From: a virus
Taxonomy: Duplodnaviria > Caudoviricetes
Reading direction: 5' to 3' (one strand)
DNA: 64,000 bases
IMG/VR virus record: IMGVR_UViG_2890625426_000001
Span: 3,802 to 67,801 of that record
Under the pieces are notes generated by a model that was not told where the DNA came from, did not search any database, and saw only the letters and a list, made by a program, of their open reading frames with translations. The translations under genes and the position numbers were made by a program. Numbering within the stretch: position 1 is the first letter of the stretch; each line of letters opens with the position of its first letter. This document shows, piece after piece, positions 9,469 through 18,842 of this stretch.

Positions 9469-11159
9469 GCCCGGGCCAGCTTGCCCTTGATCTGACGGAC
9501 GATGATGTCTGCCGTCCGCTGCGCGTTGAGCACGTCGGAGCCGGATACCCGGATGGCGCCGTCTTCGAAGATGACCGAGGGACCCATGGGGGACGGGCCC
9601 TCGGGCAGGGGGTCGACACGGGCGCCCTTGGGCAGCGAAAGCAGCTCCGGGCCGCGCTCGCCGACCCAGCTCATGCCCGGCTTGCGGGTGATGCCGCCCT
9701 TGGCCTGACCCGGGTACAGCGGCTTGGCGCCGAAGAGGCTGCGCAGGTCGTTGCTGATGCCTTGGATAGCCTTGGGTGGCCCGCCGTCCTTGCCGGTAAC
9801 CGTGTCAACGGGGTTGGCCACGGCGTTGGCGGTGGCGCCGGCGAAGCCGACGACCCCAGAGACGATGTTCAGGATGCCCTTGACTTCGTCGAGGGTGTTG
9901 ACGACGCTATCCAGCAGCGGGTCGATGACCGGCTGCAAGGCCACAAGCAGGTCGGTGATCCCCCTGATGATGTCGACGGCGCCCACGAAGATGTCGAAGA
10001 TCTTGGGACCGGCGTCCTGAAGGAAGGGCCAGACCGTGCCCACCCACAGCGTCTTGACGTTGCCGACGATGTCCTGCACGTCCTCCCAGATGGAGACCAG
10101 CCGCCCACCTGAGCCGGTCCGGTCGTCCAGCAGGGACACGACGCTGTCGAAGCCGCCCTGGCGGTACATGAAGAGCATCTCGGCGCCGAGACCCTTGATC
10201 TGCGGGTAGGCACCCTTGGCGCGGGCGGTCAGCTTGACGATGCTCTTGCCGAGTCGGTCGAAGCCCTTCTCACCGATCCGGTTCACATCGGGCATCACGT
10301 CGCGTGCCAGGAAGTCGCGCATGGGTGTGAAGGCGGTCGCCATGCCCAGCTTGGCGCGCTCGCGGAAGTTGGCGATCTGGCCAAGGAAGGTCTTGGACTG
10401 GTTGTCCATCGCGTTCTGGAAGCGTGGGTCGTTGGCGAGGCCCTTGGTGATGATGTCGGCGGCCTGGGTGCCGGAGATGAGGCCGTTCTCGGCGTCCTTG
10501 CGGATCTGCGCGATGGTCCGACCCGAGGCTTGGGCGAGGTAGCCGTAGGCGTCCACGCTGGCGTCGGCCAGCTGCCCGATCTCCTCCAAGCTGAGGACGC
10601 CATTGCGGCGCATCTGCCCTAGGGCTCGCGCCATCGCCTGGATGCCCTCCTCCCCGGTGTTCAGGGCGGCAGCGGCGTTACCGAACGCCGTCAGGGTGGG
10701 GATCACGTCCTTGGCGTCGTAGCCCACGGCCATGAGGTACTGCGAGGTCTTCTGCAGGTTCTCTAGGTCGAACGGCGTCCTGAGCGCCATGGCTTGCAGC
10801 TGAGCCATGAACGCTTCGCCGGCCTGCGCCGACCCCAGCAGGGTGTTGAAGCCGACCTGCGCCTGCTCCATGGCGCCGGCAGTCTTCAGCCCGAAGACCG
10901 ACGCGGCGATACCCGCTGCTCCGAGAGCAGTGGCCGCTCCACCGACCGCCTGTGCGCCCGCTACGGCCCATCCGGCGACCTTGCCGAACGCTCCTCGAGC
11001 GCGGTCCAGGGCCGATGACGCACCGCCAGCACTGCGTGCGGCCCGGTCCGATTCCTGGCTGATGCGGTGGATGGCGGCGGCTGCGCGCTCGGCGTCGCGG
11101 CGGAACCGGGAAGCTTGTTCAAGGGTGAGCCGTACGCCTACTTCGTCGTTTTCAGCCAC
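9465..11159 (-). CDS. Tape measure protein
   Basis: Ala/Gly-rich helical protein with tape-measure domain (TPFDLENL...ARALGQM) and VGERGPELL C-terminal motif. Confidence 0.9.
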   Translation of the reverse strand: MAENDEVGVRLTLEQASRFRRDAERAAAAIHRISQESDRAARSAGGASSALDRARGAFGKVAGWAVAGAQAVGGAATALGAAGIAASVFGLKTAGAMEQAQVGFNTLLGSAQAGEAFMAQLQAMALRTPFDLENLQKTSQYLMAVGYDAKDVIPTLTAFGNAAAALNTGEEGIQAMARALGQMRRNGVLSLEEIGQLADASVDAYGYLAQASGRTIAQIRKDAENGLISGTQAADIITKGLANDPRFQNAMDNQSKTFLGQIANFRERAKLGMATAFTPMRDFLARDVMPDVNRIGEKGFDRLGKSIVKLTARAKGAYPQIKGLGAEMLFMYRQGGFDSVVSLLDDRTGSGGRLVSIWEDVQDIVGNVKTLWVGTVWPFLQDAGPKIFDIFVGAVDIIRGITDLLVALQPVIDPLLDSVVNTLDEVKGILNIVSGVVGFAGATANAVANPVDTVTGKDGGPPKAIQGISNDLRSLFGAKPLYPGQAKGGITRKPGMSWVGERGPELLSLPKGARVDPLPEGPSPMGPSVIFEDGAIRVSGSDVLNAQRTADIIVRQIKGKLARA

Positions 11160-11161
11160 AG

Positions 11162-11410
11162 CTAGCCCTTGCGCTTACCTTTGCCCCGGCGACTACCGCC
11201 AAAGACCCTGCCTACAGCATTGCCGACAGCGATCCCGATTGCATCGATCTCCTGCTGCCGCCGTTCGGAGTCCATCGCCAAGGCCTGCTCGATCACTTCG
11301 TTGAGGACGCGCACCTCATCGGCAGGTGCTTTGAGGTAGGTGAGGGGGTCGGCTCCCAGGATGAGCGCCACCGCTGCGGACTTGACCCCAGGGTGGCTGG
11401 CTATTCCCCC
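11162..11410 (-). CDS. Tail assembly chaperone, -1 frameshift extension (gpT-like part)
   Basis: The -1 frame from GGGGGAA (11404-11410) is open into the ORF MALILGADPL... Confidence 0.8.
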   Translation of the reverse strand, partial: GGIASHPGVKSAAVALILGADPLTYLKAPADEVRVLNEVIEQALAMDSERRQQEIDAIGIAVGNAVGRVFGGSRRGKGKRKG

Positions 11411-11895
11411 TGGTAGTCGTCCTCAAGGTCACGCAGCTCCAGGCCCGACCACTGCAGGAGCTGGGCAGCGTGTGCCATCAGGTCTCCGTCGATGACGAAG
11501 AGCGCTCGGCACACCGCGATGGCTCGGCGGTCCGCCACACCCAACATGACGGCCAGCTCCTGGCTGCCGAAGCGCAGCGGCTCGCCGTCCTCGCCCTCGG
11601 TCAGCTGGCGGCCGTCGTCAGTGGTGATGGTGATGCCGGTAGCGCAGGACACGAGGACCTGGGCGTTCGCGTCCAGAGCCGCCTCGGAACGCTTCTTCTT
11701 GCCCGCCTTGTTGGCCTCGCTGAGGCTGGAGCTGTGCTTGTCGATCTCGCTCCAGTCGGCAGGGCGGTAGGTCACGCTGATGCTCGGCGTACCCTTCTCG
11801 CCCCATCCCGGCACGTTGAGGGTCTTCTTCTTGGCTTCGACCAGCTTCTGACGCGCGCCGGCCAGGTCGGCGAAGACCGACGAGTCGGTGCCCAT
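11401..11895 (-). CDS. Tail assembly chaperone (gpG-like)
   Basis: Between tube and tape measure; ends CAG GGG GAA TAG. Confidence 0.85.
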   Translation of the reverse strand: MGTDSSVFADLAGARQKLVEAKKKTLNVPGWGEKGTPSISVTYRPADWSEIDKHSSSLSEANKAGKKKRSEAALDANAQVLVSCATGITITTDDGRQLTEGEDGEPLRFGSQELAVMLGVADRRAIAVCRALFVIDGDLMAHAAQLLQWSGLELRDLEDDYQGE

Positions 11896-12302
11896 CAGCC
11901 GACCGACCCGTCAACGGAGATCATGGCTTCCCACATCTCCACCTCGTTGCTGTCGGAGTCGACCTCGCCGGGAGTGACGCCCGAGAGAATGCCGGTGTAG
12001 ACCTCAGCGCGTCCGAAGGCGTTGCCATCCAGGTCCAGCGCTTGCTTGCTGATCACCACGCGCGCCTTGCCGACGCGGGAGTACATGTAGCGACGCAGCT
12101 CCACGTCGGCGTCCTCGTACGGCTTGCTCACCGTCACGTCCTCGGTCGACGACGGCGCGCCATAGGCGCGCTGGGGGCCCATGCCGCCGCGGCGGCGCTT
12201 GACCGGGTCGGAGGTGACGCCACTGCCCGTGAAGGTGTCGAAGGTGATCTGGCGTCCCTCACAGGACATGGTCACGAGGTACTGATCTTGACGGCCTGGC
12301 AT
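11895..12302 (-). CDS. Tail tube protein
   Basis: 135 aa, beta-rich, directly after the sheath gene. Confidence 0.8.
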   Translation of the reverse strand: MPGRQDQYLVTMSCEGRQITFDTFTGSGVTSDPVKRRRGGMGPQRAYGAPSSTEDVTVSKPYEDADVELRRYMYSRVGKARVVISKQALDLDGNAFGRAEVYTGILSGVTPGEVDSDSNEVEMWEAMISVDGSVG

Positions 12303-12316
12303 GCGTGTCCTTGGTG

Positions 12317-13759
12317 CTACAGCGCGATGTCAGCGCTGGTCTTGACGATCTCAATAACGACCAACTCGGCGGTGGGCGACATGCGCAGGCTGAGCACCGC
12401 GTGCAGCTCACCGTTGGCGATGGTGGTGGGGGTGTTGACCTGCTCGCCGACGTTGACCAGGTAGGCCTCGTCTGGCGTCTCGCCGAAGAGGGCGCCTTCG
12501 TTGTAGTAGCGCAGCAGGACACCGGAGAGCGCGCTGCCGAACTCGGCGAGCAGCTGGCCGCGGCCGTCGACCTGGCGGAAGAGGAAGGTCTCTGCCACCG
12601 TCTCGGCCTCCGCGGTGATGGCCATGCGTAGGCGCTGGTTGGCCAAAAAGCTCCAGGCGTAAGCATCGGTGCCCGGTTTGGCCAGGGTGCGGTAGCCGTA
12701 CAGCGTGACCCCTGCGGGCAGCTCGCGGAAGACGTTCAAGCCGTTGGTGTTCAGCGCCTCGCGCTCAGCGTCGGACCATCCGGACTGCGTCAGGCCGACG
12801 ACGTAGCGCGCACGCCCGCTGACGCCGGCCGCAGCGTTGTTGGCCGAGCGGGTCTGGTCGTTGCGGGCCATGAGCGCCGCGGCCATCGCCGTCGGGGGCA
12901 CCTGGCGGGTGGTGCCACCGAGCAGACCGGGAACGACATGCCAGGGACCGAAGAGGGCTGCGTATTCATCACCCTGCAGGCTCTGCGCCTCGGTGCCCGC
13001 CGCGGTCGCCGACGAGGTGTCCGTGTCGTCCAACAAGGCGATGCGGTTGTGCTCCTTGGCGTGCGTGCGCAGGGCACCGCGCGTGTTGGTGGAGGTGGCT
13101 CCGGGAATCCAGACTTGCCCCGGACCCAGGCCACGAGTGAAGCGTGCCAGGGCAGTGCCGCGCGTCACGTCGTCAACGGCTGCGTAGTCGTCGGCACCGC
13201 CGGTCATGTTGGCGGCTGCGACGACAGCCGGGTCCGCGCCGCTGGCACCGGTGGGCAGGCTGACCGCTGCCCAGCTGGAGCTGTTGGACCAGTTGATGGC
13301 GTCGGTCACGCTCGCCAGGGACGGGGAACGCTCCACGCCGAACTCCGGGTTAGCGATGACCAGCGCGAACTCACCCACGGCCGCGCCGGCCGTGACTGCC
13401 ACAGTGACGCCGTTCCACCATGCTCCGGCGTTCTTGGCATCGACCCGAAGCGACGGGTCACCGTCGGCGTCGTTGAGGGTGATGCCAGCGAGCGCTGCGG
13501 CCGGTCCTGCGACGCGCTGCACGTAGGCCGTGCTGCCACCCTCGCGGAAGTAGGTGTCCAGGGCATCCCACAGCAGCGACTCGGTGATGCGCGCCCCGAA
13601 GTATGTGCGGAACTCGGTCATGTTCCGGACCAGCTGCGGCGAGGTCAGGGAGCCGCGCTGGGCCGGCCCGACGACGAACGAGGTGCCGGTGTCGACACCG
13701 TTGCCGCGACCGGGGGACGAGGCCCGTGAGGTTACTTCGACGCCTGGACGTGGACTCAC
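12317..13759 (-). CDS. Contractile tail sheath protein
   Basis: PGVEV N-terminus; VPPTAMAAALMARND; LNTNGLNVF; LYGYRTL; YYNEGALFGETPDEAY; PTAELVVIEI. Confidence 0.93.
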   Translation of the reverse strand: MSPRPGVEVTSRASSPGRGNGVDTGTSFVVGPAQRGSLTSPQLVRNMTEFRTYFGARITESLLWDALDTYFREGGSTAYVQRVAGPAAALAGITLNDADGDPSLRVDAKNAGAWWNGVTVAVTAGAAVGEFALVIANPEFGVERSPSLASVTDAINWSNSSSWAAVSLPTGASGADPAVVAAANMTGGADDYAAVDDVTRGTALARFTRGLGPGQVWIPGATSTNTRGALRTHAKEHNRIALLDDTDTSSATAAGTEAQSLQGDEYAALFGPWHVVPGLLGGTTRQVPPTAMAAALMARNDQTRSANNAAAGVSGRARYVVGLTQSGWSDAEREALNTNGLNVFRELPAGVTLYGYRTLAKPGTDAYAWSFLANQRLRMAITAEAETVAETFLFRQVDGRGQLLAEFGSALSGVLLRYYNEGALFGETPDEAYLVNVGEQVNTPTTIANGELHAVLSLRMSPTAELVVIEIVKTSADIAL

Positions 13760-13932
13760 TTGGCGGCCTCCTTGCTCTTGGCCTTACCCGTGGTCGGTAC
13801 TTCGACCAGGGCGCCTGCTTCGATCTTGCGCGCGAGCTCGTCGCTGCGGTCGACATCAGCCGTCTGAGCGGTGCCCAACACCGGACCACCAGGGACATCT
13901 ACTGGATATGGGTGTGGGTTCTGCACCTTCAC
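13756..13932 (-). CDS. Small pre-sheath hypothetical protein (58 aa)
   Basis: MKVQNPHPYPVDVPGGPVLG...SKEAAK; GTGA overlaps with both neighbours; below the ORF-track cutoff. Confidence 0.7.
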   Translation of the reverse strand: MKVQNPHPYPVDVPGGPVLGTAQTADVDRSDELARKIEAGALVEVPTTGKAKSKEAAK

Positions 13933-14549
13933 AGAGGCTTCTTTCGCGTATGGATGTACGTAGCCGTGATGTCGACCAGCGGGTCGGGATCAACGTCGGG
14001 TTCTTGCAGGCCGGATCGAATATCGACGATGCCGTCCACGTGTACGCCTAGCGTAACCGTCGCGGCCCCCAAGGTGCGGGAATCCTCTGTCGGTGCATCG
14101 TCGTAGCTCTCGTCCAGCAGGTCGATCCCCGAGCTGATGCCTCGCTGGAGCACTCCCTCGCTGAGGTACGGCAGTGATTGGTGCTGCATCATGCATGCCC
14201 GCCCGGCGGCGGCGTACAGCTCCGCCAGCTCGCGTGTGGTCTCTCGGTCGTGGGACGCAACGACGAAGCCGACGCGGATGTCGAAGACGGCGTTCAGCGA
14301 CTTCGACTGGATGGTGGGTGACCCCAGGAAGCCGGGGGAGACCACGACCAGCGCAGGCAGCTGCTCGCCCGCCCAGTTGTCGACGAGGTCGCTCATGTGC
14401 CACGACTCGGGCGCCGGCAGGGCGTCCCGGGTACGCCCGGAGGCCTCGGCGATCTCGGCCAGGTAGGAGGGGAAGAAGGTCTGCAGCGTCGCGGTCACGT
14501 TGTGGCGGACGTTCGCGCCCGTGACGATGCGGCCGTAGGCGCTACTCAT
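13929..14549 (-). CDS. Tail terminator/completion protein
   Basis: Synteny; LPALVVV motif typical of tail terminators. Confidence 0.6.
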   Translation of the reverse strand: MSSAYGRIVTGANVRHNVTATLQTFFPSYLAEIAEASGRTRDALPAPESWHMSDLVDNWAGEQLPALVVVSPGFLGSPTIQSKSLNAVFDIRVGFVVASHDRETTRELAELYAAAGRACMMQHQSLPYLSEGVLQRGISSGIDLLDESYDDAPTEDSRTLGAATVTLGVHVDGIVDIRSGLQEPDVDPDPLVDITATYIHTRKKPL

Positions 14550-15021
14550 TGGGGTAGGACTCCACGACGTGGCGCTGCACCGTACGCAGCATGGACTGTT
14601 GCTGGCGGCGGGTCAGGTCGACCACCTTGCGCTGCGCCATCCGGCGGGTGCCTTCCTGGTGGAAGCGCGCCTTGGGGTCCTTGGTGCCCATGAAGATGGT
14701 CTTGCCGGCGTCTTCGACACGCAGGATCCCGTCGCTGCTCCTCTTGTTGGTCAGCGACTTCCTCAGGTCCTGCTTCTCTTGCAGGATGCGCAGCTGGCCG
14801 CGGACGCGGCGCTTGGACGCCAACGTCGACGGCTTCAACGGCGACCACCGGCCGCTGGCTCCGCTGGAGCCCTCAGTGTTGAACAGCGAGCGCTCGAAGC
14901 CGCGGAACTGATCGTACAGGTCGTCCTTGATCGGCGTCAGATCGAGCGCCACGTCAGGCCAGCGGCGTAGGTGGTACTCCACGTCCTCGATGCCGTCGGC
15001 GGAGAAGCGGAGAGCTACCAC
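14542..15021 (-). CDS. Virion morphogenesis/neck protein (P2 gpS-like)
   Basis: WSPLKPSTL...LRKSL...GTKDPKARFHQEGTRRM motif. Confidence 0.8.
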   Translation of the reverse strand: MVALRFSADGIEDVEYHLRRWPDVALDLTPIKDDLYDQFRGFERSLFNTEGSSGASGRWSPLKPSTLASKRRVRGQLRILQEKQDLRKSLTNKRSSDGILRVEDAGKTIFMGTKDPKARFHQEGTRRMAQRKVVDLTRRQQQSMLRTVQRHVVESYPNE

Positions 15022-15482
15022 CGGACTTGGCCGATGGGCTTGCAGTTGACCGGGAAGCCAAAGGCCGGGAGCTTGTAACCGTCCTCGCCGGTCGGGTCCT
15101 CCCCGGACTCCTCGGTGACCCGGGGCAGCGCCGCCTTGACGCCCTGGTCGTACAGCTCCTTGAGCCGGTCGTAGGGCGATGAGTCGGTCTGGATCTGCTC
15201 GGGGAAGTACGACAGCTCCACGGCCATGGCCGCGCGCAGGGCCACGAGCTCGGCTGCCGCTCCCTCCACGCCAGCCGGCACCGTGCCCCCGAGGGCCGCG
15301 CTGACCGTGGCCACTGCCCGGTCGATCAGCTGGGAGACGGCCTCAGCTGTCGGACGCGTGCGTGTCTGGTCTGCGGCCAGCTCGGACGTGAAGGTGCCCT
15401 GCTCCCTGCCGTTGCGGTCCTTGGTGCGCGCACGCAGGAGCGCTGCGACATCGGCCACCGTGGGTGCCCAGGTGACCGCCAC
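15015..15482 (-). CDS. Head-to-tail adaptor
   Basis: Synteny; WAPTVADV...TRPTAEAV...LRAAMAVELSYFPEQ typical of actinophage adaptors. Confidence 0.75.
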   Translation of the reverse strand: MAVTWAPTVADVAALLRARTKDRNGREQGTFTSELAADQTRTRPTAEAVSQLIDRAVATVSAALGGTVPAGVEGAAAELVALRAAMAVELSYFPEQIQTDSSPYDRLKELYDQGVKAALPRVTEESGEDPTGEDGYKLPAFGFPVNCKPIGQVRW

Positions 15483-15485
15483 GGA

Positions 15486-15935
15486 CTAGGCCTCGAGCAG
15501 CTTGGTGAGGCCTTCGACGACACCCTTGCGGGCGTCGTCTCCCTTGGCCTGCTCACGCGCCAGCAGGTCGGCTGCCTCGTCCTTGTGGTCCTCGGCGTAC
15601 GCCAGGACCTGACCGACGTTGCCGTCCAGTGGCTCAATCGTGCGGGTCGTCGGCGAGTCGATCGTCGCGCCTTCAGGGAGTGAGGTCAGCTCAGGACCAT
15701 GCTCCCCGGTCATGACACCGGAGGGGTACAGCGGGTCGATCACGGGTGGCTCTGCGGCCAGCGGGTCGATCGTGGCCGGCGTGTCGTCGTCGGTGACAAA
15801 GGCGCCGAGCTGGTCGCCTCGGGTCAGGTAGCGACCCTCGGGGATGTCGACCGTCTCACCCTTGCGAGCGGTGACGAAGGTGCCGTTCGCGTTGACGTAG
15901 CCGAAGTAGATCGACTTGATGGTGCGCTCGGGCAT
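15486..15935 (-). CDS. Hypothetical head-associated protein
   Basis: Coupled ORF after the capsid gene; C-terminal EQAKGDDARKGVV helix common in post-capsid proteins. Confidence 0.6.
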   Translation of the reverse strand: MPERTIKSIYFGYVNANGTFVTARKGETVDIPEGRYLTRGDQLGAFVTDDDTPATIDPLAAEPPVIDPLYPSGVMTGEHGPELTSLPEGATIDSPTTRTIEPLDGNVGQVLAYAEDHKDEAADLLAREQAKGDDARKGVVEGLTKLLEA

Positions 15936-16855
15936 CAGAGGCCGTCCACACCCGTCAACTGCAAGACGGCGTTGGGGTTGGTCACGTAGGCCACCGGACG
16001 CGTGTCGGTCTGGAACCAGGTCTCCTGGGTCTCCGGCTCACGCCACGACTCGGTGCTCAGCGCCTTCTCCACGCGGTACTCACCGACCTCGCCCGACGCA
16101 ACCAGGTAGGGCTTGCCCTGCGGAACGCGCGGGGAGACTCGGTAGCCGTTGGTGAAGCCGACCAGAGACAGCGCGTCACGAAGCTTTGCGGCTTCGTATT
16201 GGAAGAAGGCCAGCAGCGACAGCTCTTCGTTCTCGTTGATGAAGAGAGTGTCGTACGTGATGCCGGTCTCGTCGGTGATGGCCTGCTTGCGGGCGAGGGC
16301 CAAGTCGGCGATGGGCGTGTCACGCGGGCCCGTGGGGTTGGAGCCGTTCGGAATCGCGGTCGTCCAGTCGTTGCCCGGCACCTGGCGGCTGTGGGCGACA
16401 ACGGCGGCGTTGAGGATGGCGACGGTGTAGGCGTTGGTCGCACGGACGATGGTGTTGCTGACCTTGCGAGCGTGTCGCGTGATCAGCTGCACGTCGTTGC
16501 GCTCGCGCGCCTCGTCCGTGACGAAGAACTTGCCACCCCACTTCTTGGGGACAGCGACCTTGGGCTCGCCGCGGCTGGAGGTGAGGATCGGGAACTCTTC
16601 ACCGGGGGCGACGGCTTCAGCGTCACGGTCGGTGTAAAGGTCGTTGCCGTCGACTTCGTCGTACACCACAGCGCCACCGGATACGGCACCGGCGCGCGTG
16701 AAGACATCGTCGATGAAGAACAGGCTGGCGGTGAGGTCACGGACAAGTGCGGTGACGCGCGTCGGCTGGTTCGAGTAGGTGTCAACGGTGATGGCACCGT
16801 TGTTGACGGTCGGCGTACCCAAGGGGTGAGCGACGGTGTTCGGAAGTGTTGCCAT
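15935..16855 (-). CDS. Major capsid protein
   Basis: VAPGEEFP, KKWGGKFFVTDEARERN, YVTNPNAVLQLTGV; position after the decoration gene. Confidence 0.88.
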   Translation of the reverse strand: MATLPNTVAHPLGTPTVNNGAITVDTYSNQPTRVTALVRDLTASLFFIDDVFTRAGAVSGGAVVYDEVDGNDLYTDRDAEAVAPGEEFPILTSSRGEPKVAVPKKWGGKFFVTDEARERNDVQLITRHARKVSNTIVRATNAYTVAILNAAVVAHSRQVPGNDWTTAIPNGSNPTGPRDTPIADLALARKQAITDETGITYDTLFINENEELSLLAFFQYEAAKLRDALSLVGFTNGYRVSPRVPQGKPYLVASGEVGEYRVEKALSTESWREPETQETWFQTDTRPVAYVTNPNAVLQLTGVDGL

Positions 16856-16870
16856 GGAAGTTCAGTCCCC

Positions 16871-17308
16871 CTAGTACAGGCTGATCTGTGCGTCGGTGCC
16901 GGAAGCGGCAGCGGTGAGAGCGAAGCCGATGGCTACGCCCGTGTTCTTTGGACCGACCTGACCGTTCGTGGTCACTTCGACTTCCTGGAACGCGGTGATG
17001 TTGGCCGAGCAGGTGATGGGTACGACGTTGCCCGGGCCTCGGATGACGCCGACCATGCCGCCCTGGATGTCGGTGAGAGCAGCGTCCCACTTGGCGACGC
17101 CGAAGATGCGGCCACCGGCGTCAGCATGGCCGATGGAGACGTTGCCGGTCCCGACGCTGGTGGCGAGGGGGCCTGCGGCGCCGGGCGAGGTCTGGCGGTT
17201 GCCGCTGATCTTGACGCATCGCTTGCCGATGACGGCGGTAATGGCGATGGCCGTGAGGTCAGCGCCCGGGCGGTAGAAGGGGATGCACTCGTTCTGGATG
17301 GTGGGCAT
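16871..17308 (-). CDS. Capsid decoration/cement protein (DUF2190-like)
   Basis: FGVAKWDA...VPITC...EVEV...AIGFALTAA pattern; precedes the capsid gene. Confidence 0.75.
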   Translation of the reverse strand: MPTIQNECIPFYRPGADLTAIAITAVIGKRCVKISGNRQTSPGAAGPLATSVGTGNVSIGHADAGGRIFGVAKWDAALTDIQGGMVGVIRGPGNVVPITCSANITAFQEVEVTTNGQVGPKNTGVAIGFALTAAASGTDAQISLY

Positions 17309-17311
17309 GAC

Positions 17312-18781
17312 CTACGCCTCCTGGGCAGTCTTGAAGCGGTTGATGCGGGCGATCTCGCCAGGGGTGAGGCCCAACGTGGAGTACTGCTCGGCGGATGCGG
17401 CGATGTCTTCCTCGCCGGTACCGCCGTGGCCGCTTTCGCTGAGGTTGATCGTCTTGGGTAGCGAGGCGATGGTGGCCTTGGTGATCTCGTAGTTGTCGTC
17501 CAGCGCCTTGCGCCAGCCGGCTGAGACGCTGGGACCGAACTTGCCTTCGTTCATGGCTGCTGCGATCAACGCGTCCTTCTCGCCAGCCTCGATCTTCTCG
17601 CGCAGCTGGCGGCCACGGGAGACTTCGGCTTGCAACTCGGCGAGCGCGGCGGCGTCGACCGTGACGGTCTGCGGTGCCTCCACGTCGCCGTCCTTCTGCT
17701 GCGGGATGGTCACCGGAGCCGAGCCAGGAGCCGACGTGGGTGCCGGGGTGTCCTCGGGCGCCGGGTCGGTGTTGGAGGCGGTGGCGTCCTTGGCGGCAGC
17801 GAGAGCGTTCAGCGCCTCAGTGATCTGCTCGTCGGTTGCGCCCTCTTCGAGGCCCAGGGCCTTGAGGTGTTCAGGGTTCACTTGCTTTTCCTCACTGAGG
17901 TGAACTGGGTCGTTTGACCTATTGACATTGTTAGCACCCCGCGATTCCTCTTTGGTGGAATACACGACGACTGTGGTAGCTTCCGCTGCCGCGACTGCGC
18001 CCGAGTCCACGTCCTCGTAAACGATCCGTACCTTGACGGGATCGGAGAACGTGACCTCGTCACCACTAATGGAGTACGTCACACGGTTGAGCGAGGCGTC
18101 GCGCTCGTCGCTGATGATCAGTTGCGGCGGGTCGACGTGCATTTCCCGGATCCAGAGATCCCAGTCGGGGTTCTGCTCGTAGTAGGAGCGGCGTACGTCG
18201 TCGGTGGACACCGAGGCAGCCACGTCGTCGGAGTGCTTCTTGCGACCGAACATTGGCTTGTCGGGTCCCTTCTCCTCGCCAGCAGCGAGGTCGTCTGTCA
18301 CCTGGGCGGCTGCCACAAGGTCGAAGTCGTCGATGGAGTCAGCGGTGGCCAGCAGCTCGATATCGGCGAGCGTGGTCACGGCGGGGTAGGCGGTGCCCAG
18401 CAGGGCGACGCCCGTGAGCATGAAGTCGTGGACGGCGCCGGTCTGGGTCTTCGCTCCGAAGCGGCCCTCGATCGAGCGCCGGGGGTACAGGGTGCCCATG
18501 GCGTCGGCCAGCCAGGTGGGAACACCGACCAGGTCACCGATCAAGGTCATCCGGTCCTCGGACAGGCGCAGGTTGACGATGCGCCCCAGTGCCGGCTCCC
18601 CGTCGTTCAGCGTGGAGACGTGGCCGAGCTTGACGATCGGTGTGCGAACCGCAGAGTCGTCAGCCGCCGCGACAGCCGCAGCGAGGTGCTCGGGCGTGAA
18701 GGTGACATCGCCCGTAGAGGCGTGCCACTCCTCGCCCACCTCTACGAGCTCAACGCCCTTGACGACAGATACACCTGGCAT
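17312..18781 (-). CDS. Capsid maturation protease/scaffold (Mu I-like)
   Basis: VKLGH, PALGRI, YPRRSIEG, LTGVALLG..YPAV protease motifs; C-terminal scaffold with ALGLEEGATDEQI. Confidence 0.85.
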   Translation of the reverse strand: MPGVSVVKGVELVEVGEEWHASTGDVTFTPEHLAAAVAAADDSAVRTPIVKLGHVSTLNDGEPALGRIVNLRLSEDRMTLIGDLVGVPTWLADAMGTLYPRRSIEGRFGAKTQTGAVHDFMLTGVALLGTAYPAVTTLADIELLATADSIDDFDLVAAAQVTDDLAAGEEKGPDKPMFGRKKHSDDVAASVSTDDVRRSYYEQNPDWDLWIREMHVDPPQLIISDERDASLNRVTYSISGDEVTFSDPVKVRIVYEDVDSGAVAAAEATTVVVYSTKEESRGANNVNRSNDPVHLSEEKQVNPEHLKALGLEEGATDEQITEALNALAAAKDATASNTDPAPEDTPAPTSAPGSAPVTIPQQKDGDVEAPQTVTVDAAALAELQAEVSRGRQLREKIEAGEKDALIAAAMNEGKFGPSVSAGWRKALDDNYEITKATIASLPKTINLSESGHGGTGEEDIAASAEQYSTLGLTPGEIARINRFKTAQEA

Positions 18782-18842
18782 GCGTTATTCAGCGTAGGCG
18801 AGCCGACGTTGCACCAGGTGGACATGTCGCTACCGTGCGCGC

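Noticed and set aside
5457-13759. Extracellular contractile injection system/tailocin
   Set aside because: Capsid, portal, protease and terminase are present, so this is a phage tail.
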